From: Candidatus Hermodarchaeota archaeon
Lineage (GTDB): Archaea > Asgardarchaeota > Lokiarchaeia > Sigyniarchaeales > SOKP01
Assembly: GCA_048885535.1 (NCBI GenBank)
Contig: JBHLLO010000025.1
Location: 1-41,295, forward strand
Reading direction: 5' to 3'
Length of the DNA: 41,295 nucleotides
A program made the position numbers and the translations under genes. Position 1 is the first letter of the stretch, and each line of letters starts with the position of its first letter. Of this stretch, positions 1-9,772 are shown one piece after another. Under the pieces are notes generated by a model, which had not been told where the DNA came from, made no database searches, and worked only from the letters and a program-made list of their open reading frames with translations.

Positions 1-86
1 GTTTAATCTAATTAAAAGTTTAATTTCATTTCTAATTTTACAATTAAACTTTAAATCGCAATTCTTTAAACGAAAGAGCGTAAAAA

Positions 87-827
87 TTAAACAGGTTTAA
101 TTTTAGTATAGGTTTGGTTATCATTTTTATCGGTTATAAAAAAATTGAAAATCATCAAATCGGAACTTGCCCCATTTAAAATAATACAAGGAATTTTAAA
201 TTTATCTATTAAAGTCGTTATATAAGGATCAATTGGTTTTGAAGCAAATTTTAAACTTTGATTGGATAAATGGATTTTTGCCAAACCATCTTCTTTTCTT
301 AGTTTAATAAATTCTACGGTAGAAATTTCTTTTATAATAGATTCACTTATATCGATAATTCCATCTACATCTTTTAGCAAGAAGCACTGATCCAATTTTA
401 ACTCATGTGCTAGATATAATGTAATAGAATCTGAAGTCACATCCCAACTATGAGGTAATTTATCGGTTAATTTCAGAAATTTATAAGGTAGAAATATTGC
501 AAAGATTTTATTCTTTTTAAGTATATTTTTTATATCATCTACAATATCTAAATGAGGGAATTTCTTCTTTAATTCAATTCCATTGAAATTCATAGAATAA
601 ACAGCAATCCAATGTGCTAATTCCTCACTAAATTCAAATTCATTATATATTTGTCTAACAAAATTAGCAACTGATCCTCCACCAGGGATTAGAATTATTT
701 TCTGAATAATATTATCTTCATAAAGCTGAGTTAATTGAGCTATGCAATTAATTAGATATTTGCTGTTATCTAAAATTTTACCTCCAATTTTAAAGATTGC
801 TGTTTGAATTCCCATGATTGATGTCAT
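87..827 (-). CDS. Amino-acid-kinase family protein, MfnE-like ([5-(aminomethyl)furan-3-yl]methyl phosphate kinase)
   Basis: Motifs FKIGG, IPGGG, LPHSWDVTSDSI and LKDVDGI are typical of the archaeal AAK/MfnE group; overlaps the upstream MfnF-like gene. Confidence 0.75.
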   Translation of the reverse strand: MTSIMGIQTAIFKIGGKILDNSKYLINCIAQLTQLYEDNIIQKIILIPGGGSVANFVRQIYNEFEFSEELAHWIAVYSMNFNGIELKKKFPHLDIVDDIKNILKKNKIFAIFLPYKFLKLTDKLPHSWDVTSDSITLYLAHELKLDQCFLLKDVDGIIDISESIIKEISTVEFIKLRKEDGLAKIHLSNQSLKFASKPIDPYITTLIDKFKIPCIILNGASSDLMIFNFFITDKNDNQTYTKIKPV

Positions 828-1905
828 TTTTTATTTTATAGTATAGCGCTCCGGCTACAGCTAATGCTGAGGAGCTTAATTTATCAGAAGTATTAGTTAT
901 TGTTTCAAAATATTGAATATTATTAAAACCCAATTTTGTTAAAACTACTTTTATTAAAAACTCTGCTGCTAAACCAGTTATTATAAAAAGCGGATTTTTT
1001 TTAAATTCAGGTAATCTAGAAATAAGGGATTCCATAAAAAAAGAGATTTCTGAGGAAATAATATCTACTTGCTTCTCATAGATGAAATTAGCAATGCTAT
1101 TTAATTCTTCTATTGAAATACCTTCAATATCCATACATATAATACGCGCTAACCGAGCATAGCAATTTTCAATGGATTTTGACCGGTTATCTGCAGTATC
1201 GTTGATATATTCTTTTTCCGAGATATGATTCAGAATTCTATGAACATCAGAAACTAAAGCAAATTTTTCAAAAGAAATTCTAACCATTTTACCTTTATAT
1301 GGTATGGTATGAGTGATTGAAGGGATAGTTGCTCTTAAACCTCCAGTATAAATCAATTCATGGTGAATTAATCTTTCAATATCCGTTTTTCCTAAAGTAA
1401 CTGGCTTAGAATCAAATATAGGAATAATGTCAATTGTAGTGGAACCTGCATCAATTAAAATACAATTTTGTACATAATTTCCTAAAAAAATTGCTGTTGA
1501 AACCCAATTTGAAGCCGCTACGGTTAGATATTTTTCTTTTGCGTTTTTAATATCGATGAATTCAGCATCAGAGCTAATAAAGAACATTTTCTCTTCTTTG
1601 AATACCTTAGATAAATTATCAAGAATTATTTCAATTCCTTCCCTTTTGGTTTGAAAGGCATCTGAGAGTTCTGCAGTAATCGCAATCGAAATAAAATCAA
1701 TTTCATTGAGTTTGATATGACTTTTTGACACTTTTTCTATTATTCTTCTAAGCATATTGGGAATTTCATGTAGATTTTTCTCCCAAAATGGAAAGTATTC
1801 TATACAAGACATCGATTTTTTTATTTTGAATCTATCACATATTATTAATGCTGCTTTAGTATTTGCTCCTCCAATATCTATTCCTAAGATTTTAATAGTA
1901 GTCAT
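790..1905 (-). CDS. Hydantoinase/oxoprolinase-family, H4MPT-linked C1 pathway protein (MfnF-like)
   Basis: Motifs GIDIGGANTK, TAELSDAF.TK.EG, AASNW, IDAGSTTIDIIP, ELIYTG.LR, TAD.R.K and RLARIIC.D. Confidence 0.8.
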   Translation of the reverse strand: MTTIKILGIDIGGANTKAALIICDRFKIKKSMSCIEYFPFWEKNLHEIPNMLRRIIEKVSKSHIKLNEIDFISIAITAELSDAFQTKREGIEIILDNLSKVFKEEKMFFISSDAEFIDIKNAKEKYLTVAASNWVSTAIFLGNYVQNCILIDAGSTTIDIIPIFDSKPVTLGKTDIERLIHHELIYTGGLRATIPSITHTIPYKGKMVRISFEKFALVSDVHRILNHISEKEYINDTADNRSKSIENCYARLARIICMDIEGISIEELNSIANFIYEKQVDIISSEISFFMESLISRLPEFKKNPLFIITGLAAEFLIKVVLTKLGFNNIQYFETITNTSDKLSSSALAVAGALYYKIKNDINHGNSNSNL

Positions 1906-1918
1906 TTCAAAAAGGGAA

Positions 1919-2956
1919 TTATATATCTGAATATTTTTTATGTAGATAAGAAATTAACTTATCTAAGTTTTCACCTGTTTTTGCGTTAGTCAGCAAGTAT
2001 TCCTCATTTTTCAATCCTAAATTCTGAGATAAATGTGATAATTCTGATTGACTAGCTAAATCCATTTTATTGAACACGATGATTATTTCGATTTTTTCAT
2101 TTTGAGTAAAATTTCTTTTTATTTCATAAAATAATTGTATCTGTGAATCAATTGGATAACCACATGCCGGAGTAGGATCAAAGATAAATATAATTAAATC
2201 TGATATAAGTCTTAATGCTAATATTGCTTGTAATTCGATATTATTTCTTTTTCCCATAGGTCGGTCTAAAATACCTGGTGTATCTAAACATTGAATTTTT
2301 ATTTTATCAAATTTTCGTACAAGTTCTAAATGACCCATAATTAATTGTTTAGTAGTAAAAGGATACTCTTGAACTTCAATTTTCTTATTAGTCGATATAT
2401 TTTTTACTAAACTACTTTTACCCACATTTGGATAACCAGCGACAACAACACAAGGCAATGTATAATCAATTGAGGGGATGGATCTTAATTTCCCTCTGAT
2501 TGTATTCAAATATTCAAGGTTGTCATTCTGTTTAGTTATAATTGAAGATATTCTACCAAAAGCAGCACGTCTTATTTTATCTGCTTCCTTCGGGGCATTA
2601 ATATAATTTAGTTGCTTTGAATATTCACGTTCAATTTGACTTAATACTGGTAAAATTCCATTTAATTTACCTAAAGTTAATTTTAATTTATTAACATCTA
2701 CTAATATTGAAGCTAATTCCTTATAGAAATCAGGTAATTCATCAATAATAGGAACGCTCTTTATAATTTTAAGAACTCTTTCTATTAATTCTTCGATTGC
2801 TACTTTTATACGCTTAAATTCTTTTTTTTTTGCTTTTACTAGGATGGGGGCATTTTTAGAAACTTGAGCTGAACTTTTCATTGCTCTACTGAATGCAATA
2901 TCCAAAAGTTTTTCTGAGTTAGGGACATGGTAAAATTCCAAGAATGGGTTCTTCAT
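1919..2956 (-). CDS. nog1: NOG1-family (Obg-like) nucleolar GTP-binding protein
   Basis: G1 GYPNVGKSS, G2 YPFTTK, G3 DTPGILDRP, RNNIE.QA and G4 NKMD; helical N-terminal domain with LPDFYKEL. Confidence 0.92.
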   Translation of the reverse strand: MKNPFLEFYHVPNSEKLLDIAFSRAMKSSAQVSKNAPILVKAKKKEFKRIKVAIEELIERVLKIIKSVPIIDELPDFYKELASILVDVNKLKLTLGKLNGILPVLSQIEREYSKQLNYINAPKEADKIRRAAFGRISSIITKQNDNLEYLNTIRGKLRSIPSIDYTLPCVVVAGYPNVGKSSLVKNISTNKKIEVQEYPFTTKQLIMGHLELVRKFDKIKIQCLDTPGILDRPMGKRNNIELQAILALRLISDLIIFIFDPTPACGYPIDSQIQLFYEIKRNFTQNEKIEIIIVFNKMDLASQSELSHLSQNLGLKNEEYLLTNAKTGENLDKLISYLHKKYSDI

Positions 2957-3002
2957 ATTATATCAAAAAGTAAGTAATTACTCGTTTTTTACAGATATAC
3001 AA

Positions 3003-4382
3003 TTATAATTTAGTTTCTAATTCTGATAATTTTTGTTTAATATTTGAAATCTCTTCTGTTAAATCAAGGACATCGTTTGGAATGGATAAGTATAATTCTA
3101 GAATATACTTATAACGTTCTAACACTCTAGAAAAGTTGTTCATAGATTCTTCTTTATCTGCTTTTTTTCTAATTAATTCTATCTTTTCTAATTTCACTTT
3201 AACTTCCGGAGGTAAAGCTCTCATTCTTTCTAAAGCTTTTTCTTGATATTTCTTTTGTTCAATAGATATACTTTCAACCCTTTTTTCAAATTCATCCTTA
3301 GCTTTCTGCTTTGCTATTAGTTCTAATTCACGTTTGTGTTCATATTCCTTTTTATAACGATCAATGTTCCAGACTTCTTGTCTTAGTACTTTTACTTGAT
3401 CTAGCCACCCTAATTTAGAAAATATTTCAATTGCTTTTTCATAGTATAATTTTGCTTGCTCATAATCTCTTTTTTGAACGAGCCCTTTTGCTATACCTAA
3501 ATGTTCCTCGGCAGTCTTACGAAATGATTCTTCTTCAGATTTTTGTTCTTTTAACTGTCTTAGTTTTCCCATACGCTCCTTTATGACTTGAGTTCTCTGT
3601 TCTTTTTGCTTCTGTAATAAATTTTTTTCTGCTTTCTTTTGTTCTTCTTCTAAACGGTCTTTTTCACTTATTTGTTCAAATAACTTATAGGATTTAGGTT
3701 CTTTTTTGACTTTTATTTCAGGTTTCACTTCTTCCTCTTTTAATGTTTTTAGTTGTTTTTCCTCTTGGAGATGTTCTTGAATCCGCAACCTTCTTCTTTG
3801 AGCAGCTGCTAATGATATAATATCTTTTACAGGAACTTTGAGTCCTTTAGCTTTGCGAGATTGATTCCATTTTTGATATTCTCTTATTTCATTAATTTGC
3901 CATAAAATCTGTTTACATTCATAATTATAATTAATCCTTTTAAATACATCATAGGCTTCATTGTATAATTTTAATGCTTCATCGAGTTCATCATTTAACG
4001 CTAATTTTCTTGCTTCTTCTAGCAAATCATTTCCTTTTGATTCTAACGCTTCCTTACCCGTGACTTCCATTTTGATCGGTTTTTCTATTGGTGGACTAAT
4101 GTCTATTATTTTTGAGTCGGTTTTTACATCTTCCTTTTTAATTTCTACTACTTTGGAGTCTGGTTTCACATCTTCTCTTTTGATATTTTTTATCCTAACT
4201 ATTTCCTTCAATATTATTCCAACTTGACCAGTCAAGCCTAAACGAGTATAAATATCTTTAGCTTCTAATAACATAGAGACAGCATTATCATAATTCTTAT
4301 TTCGAATTTCGATTTTAGAAGTATTTTCTAATCTTTCAGCTTCTTTTATTAAGTCATCATCGGTATTGTACATGTAGTTCAC
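3003..4382 (-). CDS. Helical-repeat (TPR/MIT-like modules) and charged coiled-coil protein
   Basis: Three to four dispersed ~50-aa modules with an A..(D/R)Y..A...Y..A...F pattern, separated by K/E-rich linkers. Confidence 0.6.
   Translation of the reverse strand: MNYMYNTDDDLIKEAERLENTSKIEIRNKNYDNAVSMLLEAKDIYTRLGLTGQVGIILKEIVRIKNIKREDVKPDSKVVEIKKEDVKTDSKIIDISPPIEKPIKMEVTGKEALESKGNDLLEEARKLALNDELDEALKLYNEAYDVFKRINYNYECKQILWQINEIREYQKWNQSRKAKGLKVPVKDIISLAAAQRRRLRIQEHLQEEKQLKTLKEEEVKPEIKVKKEPKSYKLFEQISEKDRLEEEQKKAEKNLLQKQKEQRTQVIKERMGKLRQLKEQKSEEESFRKTAEEHLGIAKGLVQKRDYEQAKLYYEKAIEIFSKLGWLDQVKVLRQEVWNIDRYKKEYEHKRELELIAKQKAKDEFEKRVESISIEQKKYQEKALERMRALPPEVKVKLEKIELIRKKADKEESMNNFSRVLERYKYILELYLSIPNDVLDLTEEISNIKQKLSELETKL
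4099..4182. repeat. Imperfect 2 x 42-bp tandem duplication inside CDS 3003..4382
   Basis: Encodes KREDVKPDSKVVEI / KKEDVKTDSKIIDI. Confidence 0.75.
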
Positions 4383-4487
4383 TAAGTTTTTTTATGAATT
4401 GTTTATAATAAATCTAAAACCAAATTTTTTAATAAAATTATTCAATGTAAATGAATTAAAAATTTCAAACATATAATGATAAATTGA

Positions 4488-5588
4488 GTGATAAAGCTAA
4501 TGGAAAAAATAAAAATCGGTATATTAGGAGCTACTGGCATAGTAGGACAAAACTATATCAAGTTATTAGAAAATCATCCCTGGTTTCAAGTAGTGGATGT
4601 TGCGGCTTCACCAAGCTCGGCTGGAAAAACATATGAAGAAGCAACACATCAAAAATGGCAAATGTCAATTGAAGTTCCAAATGGATTAAGAAATCTAATA
4701 GTTAGAGATGTTCAAGATTTCCAATCTATTAATTCTGACTTAAGTTTTGTATTTTCTGCTATGGATCTGCCAAATAAAAGAGAAACTCGTGAAATTGAAT
4801 TTAAATATGCTAATAAAGGAATTCCTGTTATAAGTAATAGTTCTGCTAATAGATGGACATTAGATGTTCCAATGATAATACCAGAAGTAAATCATGAACA
4901 TATAAAAATAATTCCAATTCAACAAAAAAATCGAACTCTTACAAAAGGTTTTGTAGTTGTGAAACCAAATTGCTCAATTCAAAGCTTTGTAACTCCAATT
5001 TATGCTTTAGAAAAATCAGGGTATAAGGTTGATAAATTAATTATTACAACTTTGCAAGCAGTTTCTGGGAGTGGCTACCCCGGAGTTTCCTCGATGGATA
5101 TATTAGATAATATAATACCTTTTATCGACGGCGAGGAAGACAAAACTGAGAATGAATCTGCTAAGATAATGGGATCTATTGGAGAAAATGGGATAGAAAG
5201 TAATAATTCAATTCAAATCAGTGCAACATGCACTAGGGTTCCTGTTACTGATGGTCATATTGCATGCGTAAATATCAAATTTAAGAATAACGTGCCTAGT
5301 AAAGAAGAAATAATAAAAATTTGGACAACATTTAGATCACTTCCACAAGATTTAGATCTACCATTTGCACCAAAAAGACCAATCATCTATTTTGAAGAAA
5401 GTAATAGACCTCAACCAAAAAAAGACAGAGACAATGAAAAGGGCATGGCAGTAACTATTGGGAGATTAAGAAAAGATAATATTTTTGATTATAAATTTAT
5501 TGGCTTGAGCCATAATACAATAAGAGGGGCTGCTGGAGGAGCTGTATTGATTGCTGAATTACTAAAGGTGAAAGGATTTTTAAGTTAA
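4488..5588 (+). CDS. asd: Aspartate-semialdehyde dehydrogenase (archaeal/fungal type)
   Basis: GILGATGIVGQ, PEVN.EH, catalytic PNCS, QAVSGSGYPG, CTRVPVTDGH and HNTIRGAAG; the ATG at 4500 is an alternative start. Confidence 0.95.
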   Translation: MIKLMEKIKIGILGATGIVGQNYIKLLENHPWFQVVDVAASPSSAGKTYEEATHQKWQMSIEVPNGLRNLIVRDVQDFQSINSDLSFVFSAMDLPNKRETREIEFKYANKGIPVISNSSANRWTLDVPMIIPEVNHEHIKIIPIQQKNRTLTKGFVVVKPNCSIQSFVTPIYALEKSGYKVDKLIITTLQAVSGSGYPGVSSMDILDNIIPFIDGEEDKTENESAKIMGSIGENGIESNNSIQISATCTRVPVTDGHIACVNIKFKNNVPSKEEIIKIWTTFRSLPQDLDLPFAPKRPIIYFEESNRPQPKKDRDNEKGMAVTIGRLRKDNIFDYKFIGLSHNTIRGAAGGAVLIAELLKVKGFLS

Positions 5589-5608
5589 CAATTCAGAAAG
5601 ATTATATT

Positions 5609-7153
5609 TTAAAATTCATGTTTATCGATTATCAAGGAAAGCAGCAACTTTAGAATAGTGAAAGCGCCTTTCTTCTTTATTAATTGATATGGAGGTAATT
5701 CTGGATAAATTTGAAAAAAATCTTCTTTCTTTATCATTTTAACCATGCTTAATACCGAAAGGGGTTTAATCTTATAAAATTTAAAAAGGAAAACAGCCAT
5801 GATTTTTTGAATTAGAATAATATCGATTTTCATAATAACTGGATTAAATCCATGTCTTTCTACAATTTTATATTTAAGCATTTCAAGGGATTCAATTTTA
5901 TTATCAGAGATAATATCTGAGTTGTCAATAGGAATAACCTTCTTTATTGAACTATTTTTAATTTCTAACACCAAAGAGGTTTTAGAAATGACAATATTTC
6001 TATCTGTTAATACAATTAAAATATCTGAATTTAAGCCGAAATAAGTATCAAATATATTAAAAAGGAGGTCAGGAATTGCCCAATGAGAGAGCTTTTTAAA
6101 ATTAATGTTTATACCAAGTAAGCGGATTAGAAACCTTATTAGTATATTGTAAATTTTTGGACGTGGCAATAGATTCCAGTGAATCTCGTATGATCTTATT
6201 CCAAATATAAATTTTTGCAGGATTAATTTCATATTTTCTTTTTTTATTGGAAATGATAAGTCAAATAAATCAAGTAAGAATGCTATTATATCATTTTGAC
6301 TAAAACTAAAAATACTATCAGAATTACATGTTTTTTGGATAGATTGTAATCTTTCCTTAGATAAAAAGTCAGCTAATTCTAAATTTAGCTCTTTAATTGT
6401 TTTTAGTTTAATCGAAATATCAGGTTTATTTAATTTTAAACTTGATTTATTTATTACAGAAAGAAAGTCTAAGTTCTTAGAATGAAAAATTAAGGTAGTA
6501 ATAAAATCTGGTGAATACTTTTTAAATAACCTAAAAAACGTGGAGATCTTAAAATTGTTAAACAATTTAAAAAATCCTCTAAAAAATTGTAAGATATTGG
6601 GCTCAGGGAGTAAATAAATCAGTTCCTCTTGAATTAATTTTTGGATTAAATCTAAAAGGGCAGGAATATAATCTAAAGTTGTGTTTCTTTCTAAATTTCT
6701 ACAATAAGTATCAATTAAATCTATTCCTCTTTTTTTGAAAATTCTAATTGAGGCAACTTTTATCTTTTTCTTTTCAAGAAGTAGGACCTGAATCTTATTG
6801 TATAAATCCTCTTTATTTTCAAGATTAGTTTGGTTTATTTTCAATAAATCTTTTGATAAAACCTCAATAGTCTCATGTATTCCTGCCTTTTTTGTGATAT
6901 AAAGATATACTTTTAGAACTCTATTCTCAATCTCATGGTCCGAAATTATAATGTCTAAGATATTCTGTTGATCATTTATGAATTTAGGATAAAGAAGACC
7001 AAAAAGATAATGAATCAGATATCCTTCAACGATTATAGGAGTAAGTGGAATTCTTACTTGCATTAATAAGTCCTCTGGTTTCTCCATTAAACTGATTTTC
7101 GAGTTATAACTTAGAATTTTGTTCCAATTATTTCTAAAATAATTATTTAGCAT
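5609..7153 (-). CDS. Hypothetical protein, 514 aa
   Basis: Long uninterrupted ORF abutting the DUF362 gene (7153/7154); no motif recognised. Confidence 0.7.
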   Translation of the reverse strand: MLNNYFRNNWNKILSYNSKISLMEKPEDLLMQVRIPLTPIIVEGYLIHYLFGLLYPKFINDQQNILDIIISDHEIENRVLKVYLYITKKAGIHETIEVLSKDLLKINQTNLENKEDLYNKIQVLLLEKKKIKVASIRIFKKRGIDLIDTYCRNLERNTTLDYIPALLDLIQKLIQEELIYLLPEPNILQFFRGFFKLFNNFKISTFFRLFKKYSPDFITTLIFHSKNLDFLSVINKSSLKLNKPDISIKLKTIKELNLELADFLSKERLQSIQKTCNSDSIFSFSQNDIIAFLLDLFDLSFPIKKENMKLILQKFIFGIRSYEIHWNLLPRPKIYNILIRFLIRLLGININFKKLSHWAIPDLLFNIFDTYFGLNSDILIVLTDRNIVISKTSLVLEIKNSSIKKVIPIDNSDIISDNKIESLEMLKYKIVERHGFNPVIMKIDIILIQKIMAVFLFKFYKIKPLSVLSMVKMIKKEDFFQIYPELPPYQLIKKKGAFTILKLLLSLIIDKHEF

Positions 7154-8581
7154 TTATGCTTCGCTTTCCTCTTTTTCAGTTTTTTCTATGACCTTAAGAT
7201 TGATATAAGAATCTATAAGATTATAATATAAATTCAATCCTGGAAGCTTGTCTTTGCCATAAAACTCAATTATCGAATGCACACATTTCAAGATATCCGG
7301 AGGGCACCCAGGTAGTTCAAGGATATCTTTATTTGGAACCATTTTCGAATTTTGCCTATCTTCTTTTTCCTTTTTCTTGCTTATCTTACTTTTAGCTTTT
7401 TTAACTATATTTTTTCTCTTCTTTATTATCAGTATCCTGAAGCTACGATCTTTTGTGCTATTTATAGCACAATCTCCAAAAATCAAGAGGTTTTTTGGAG
7501 ATTCTGGTTCTACTGGTTTTTCTCCAATTAAAAATGATTGATTAATTATATACTTTAAATCTTTAGTCATATTCGACTTCATTAAATTTAACAAATGATA
7601 TGCTTGATTAAAACAACCAGAGCAAAATTTACCTTTTTTTATATCAGTATTTAATACTCCAACATCTTCTAAATTTGAAGCACATAATTCAATCTTTAGT
7701 TTACTATTGTCTAAATTTTCACCAATTATCTTAATATTAGAAATGTTACTTATACCTATTTTTCTATCTCGAGCTGCTATTAAAAGGGGGTGATTATCAT
7801 AGTCTATGTCTAAAAGCTTTAAAGTTATTGTATCAACTGCTAGTGAATCATTACCAACAACTATGAATCCTGTCTTCTTAAGATTTGAATCTTTATATAT
7901 AAAAGGTCCAGCTTTTTCTAATACATAGAATAAATCATTTATTACTAAATGTGGTTTTTTTAATGCAAAAACATCTAAAATGTTAGAAATTAAATAATTT
8001 TTATATTTATCATTATTAAGATAATCTTTTCCTCTTATTCCGCTATTAACTTCTTGAAATTCATTTGAAACAATAGAATATGAATTAAGAAGATTCAAGG
8101 TATAGTTAAAAATTGGGTCAACATTTACTTGGTTAATATAGATGAGCTTATCAGATTCTAAAACTTCAGAAGGTACTTCAAATTCTTTATTATTTATTTT
8201 TATTTCCTTATATATATATTCAGTCTCATTATCTAATAATAATAATTTTGCTCCATATCTTTTAAATAATGTTTCAAGCCCTAGAACGTCAACAAAAGAT
8301 TTAGCTCTAACATGTTTTGCTGGAAAACTACCAACAATTATTTCTCTAGCACCAGCATCCTTACATAGTGAAATGATTGCCAATACTATGTTTAAATTTG
8401 AATTAGTTGGAAATCCATTTGGCATTCTTAGGTTAATTTTGATAAAAACGCTATCTCCTTTTTCAATAAATCTTGAGATTCCTCCTAATTTTAAAATTCC
8501 TTCTAAAACAGATTCTCTTGCTGAATTTCCTTTAATTAAAGCTACAGATGTGATCTCTGTCGTAGATGAATTATCACTCAT
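7154..8581 (-). CDS. DUF362 domain Fe-S-related protein
   Basis: LGGISRFI..GD.V.IK.N, D.LAVD and C-terminal CSGC, GDCA, PGCPP motifs. Confidence 0.75.
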   Translation of the reverse strand: MSDNSSTTEITSVALIKGNSARESVLEGILKLGGISRFIEKGDSVFIKINLRMPNGFPTNSNLNIVLAIISLCKDAGAREIIVGSFPAKHVRAKSFVDVLGLETLFKRYGAKLLLLDNETEYIYKEIKINNKEFEVPSEVLESDKLIYINQVNVDPIFNYTLNLLNSYSIVSNEFQEVNSGIRGKDYLNNDKYKNYLISNILDVFALKKPHLVINDLFYVLEKAGPFIYKDSNLKKTGFIVVGNDSLAVDTITLKLLDIDYDNHPLLIAARDRKIGISNISNIKIIGENLDNSKLKIELCASNLEDVGVLNTDIKKGKFCSGCFNQAYHLLNLMKSNMTKDLKYIINQSFLIGEKPVEPESPKNLLIFGDCAINSTKDRSFRILIIKKRKNIVKKAKSKISKKKEKEDRQNSKMVPNKDILELPGCPPDILKCVHSIIEFYGKDKLPGLNLYYNLIDSYINLKVIEKTEKEESEA

Positions 8582-8667
8582 TATTATAGATTTTTATGGA
8601 AAATTCATTAATACAATAAATTTTTAAAATTATATAACTAAATAAACTTTTATTAAAATCTCTTTAG

Positions 8668-9561
8668 GTGATTAATATTTTTAAACTAAGTACCCTCAAC
8701 ATAACAATATCTCTTGCAGAAGAATTTTCACTTTCAAGAAAGGTTGGAATTGATATTGGACAAAGTCTTACAAAATTTGCCTTTTTAGAAAAAGACACCT
8801 TAGTTCTATTAATTGGGAAAACAAAAAACAATTTTAGTCAAATTTTTGAAACTATTGAAACATTAAAGTCGAAGTTTGACCAATTTAATTTTACTGGTGG
8901 AAAGGCTTTTAAGGTTTTCAAGAAATATGAAAATATTTATCATTGTAGACTAATCAATGAATTTGAAGCGAATGTAAAAGGAATTGAATTCATATATCAA
9001 AATGATAGAAGTAAATCCTTACCTCCTTCTCTTATTATTACAATTGGTACTGGAACATCAATGGTTTTAAAGAATGATGAAATTTCACATATAGGAGGTA
9101 GTGCACTTGGAGGTGGCTTTTTTATGGGAATTGCTAAAGTACTATATAATATTGAAGACTATCAGCAAGCTATTAACATTGCTAAAAAAGGAAATCGGTA
9201 TAATGTGGATCTTAAAGTTAAGGATATTTATGATTCTCAAGATAGTAGGGTAGATCCTTTGTTTATGGAATTTACAGCTTCTTCTCTTGGTAAAATAGAT
9301 ATTGATGTCAATTTGAACTCTATAAGAAAGGAAGATATATTAAATTCATTACTTTGCCTTATAGGTGAAAATATTGGTTCTCTAGCTTCGATCCAAGCTA
9401 AAAGTAATAATTTAAGAACGATTGTCTGCTGTGGAGGTTTTTTAATAAATAACAATCTATTAATTACTATTCTGAAAATGATCTGCAGAATAAATAGACA
9501 AAAACTAATAAGCTTAGAAAATTCTGAATTTAGTGGAGCTATAGGAGCTCTAATTTATTAA
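8668..9561 (+). CDS. Type II pantothenate kinase (fumble/CoaW-like)
   Basis: GIDIGQSLTK, TGGKA, NEFEA..KG, IGTGTS, GGSALGGG, GNR.NVDLKVKDIY, TASSLGK and GAIGAL. Confidence 0.88.
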   Translation: MINIFKLSTLNITISLAEEFSLSRKVGIDIGQSLTKFAFLEKDTLVLLIGKTKNNFSQIFETIETLKSKFDQFNFTGGKAFKVFKKYENIYHCRLINEFEANVKGIEFIYQNDRSKSLPPSLIITIGTGTSMVLKNDEISHIGGSALGGGFFMGIAKVLYNIEDYQQAINIAKKGNRYNVDLKVKDIYDSQDSRVDPLFMEFTASSLGKIDIDVNLNSIRKEDILNSLLCLIGENIGSLASIQAKSNNLRTIVCCGGFLINNNLLITILKMICRINRQKLISLENSEFSGAIGALIY

Positions 9562-9588
9562 TTACTTTTATGTAATACTAGAAATTGT

Positions 9589-9662
9589 GTGCCCATTTGG
9601 AGATATCTATTCATCGACATTATTTTTAAAATAATACTCTTAGAAACACTATAAATGGGCAC
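9589..9662. repeat. 10-bp perfect inverted repeat with an internal AT-rich palindrome, between convergent genes
   Basis: GTGCCCATTT (9589-9598) pairs with AAATGGGCAC (9653-9662); ATTATTTTTAAAATAAT (9619-9635) is roughly concentric. Confidence 0.6.
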
Positions 9663-9772
9663 TATTAATTTGAAGATATTCAATAACTTAAATCTTTCTT
9701 AATATATAGTTAGGTTAATAATGACTTAAGAGAAAATGAGAATTATATTTAATCGATTAATTTTATCCAGGA

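Noticed and set aside
3961-4227. Antisense ORF (88 aa) and similar shadow ORFs (8142..8627, 9237..9455, 18901..19146, 24181..24420, 29983..30414, 32603..32887, 34149..34508, 37275..37664, 40446..40883)
   Set aside because: They lie opposite well-supported genes and have the Ser/Phe/Ile-rich composition expected from the reverse complement of K/E-rich coding DNA.
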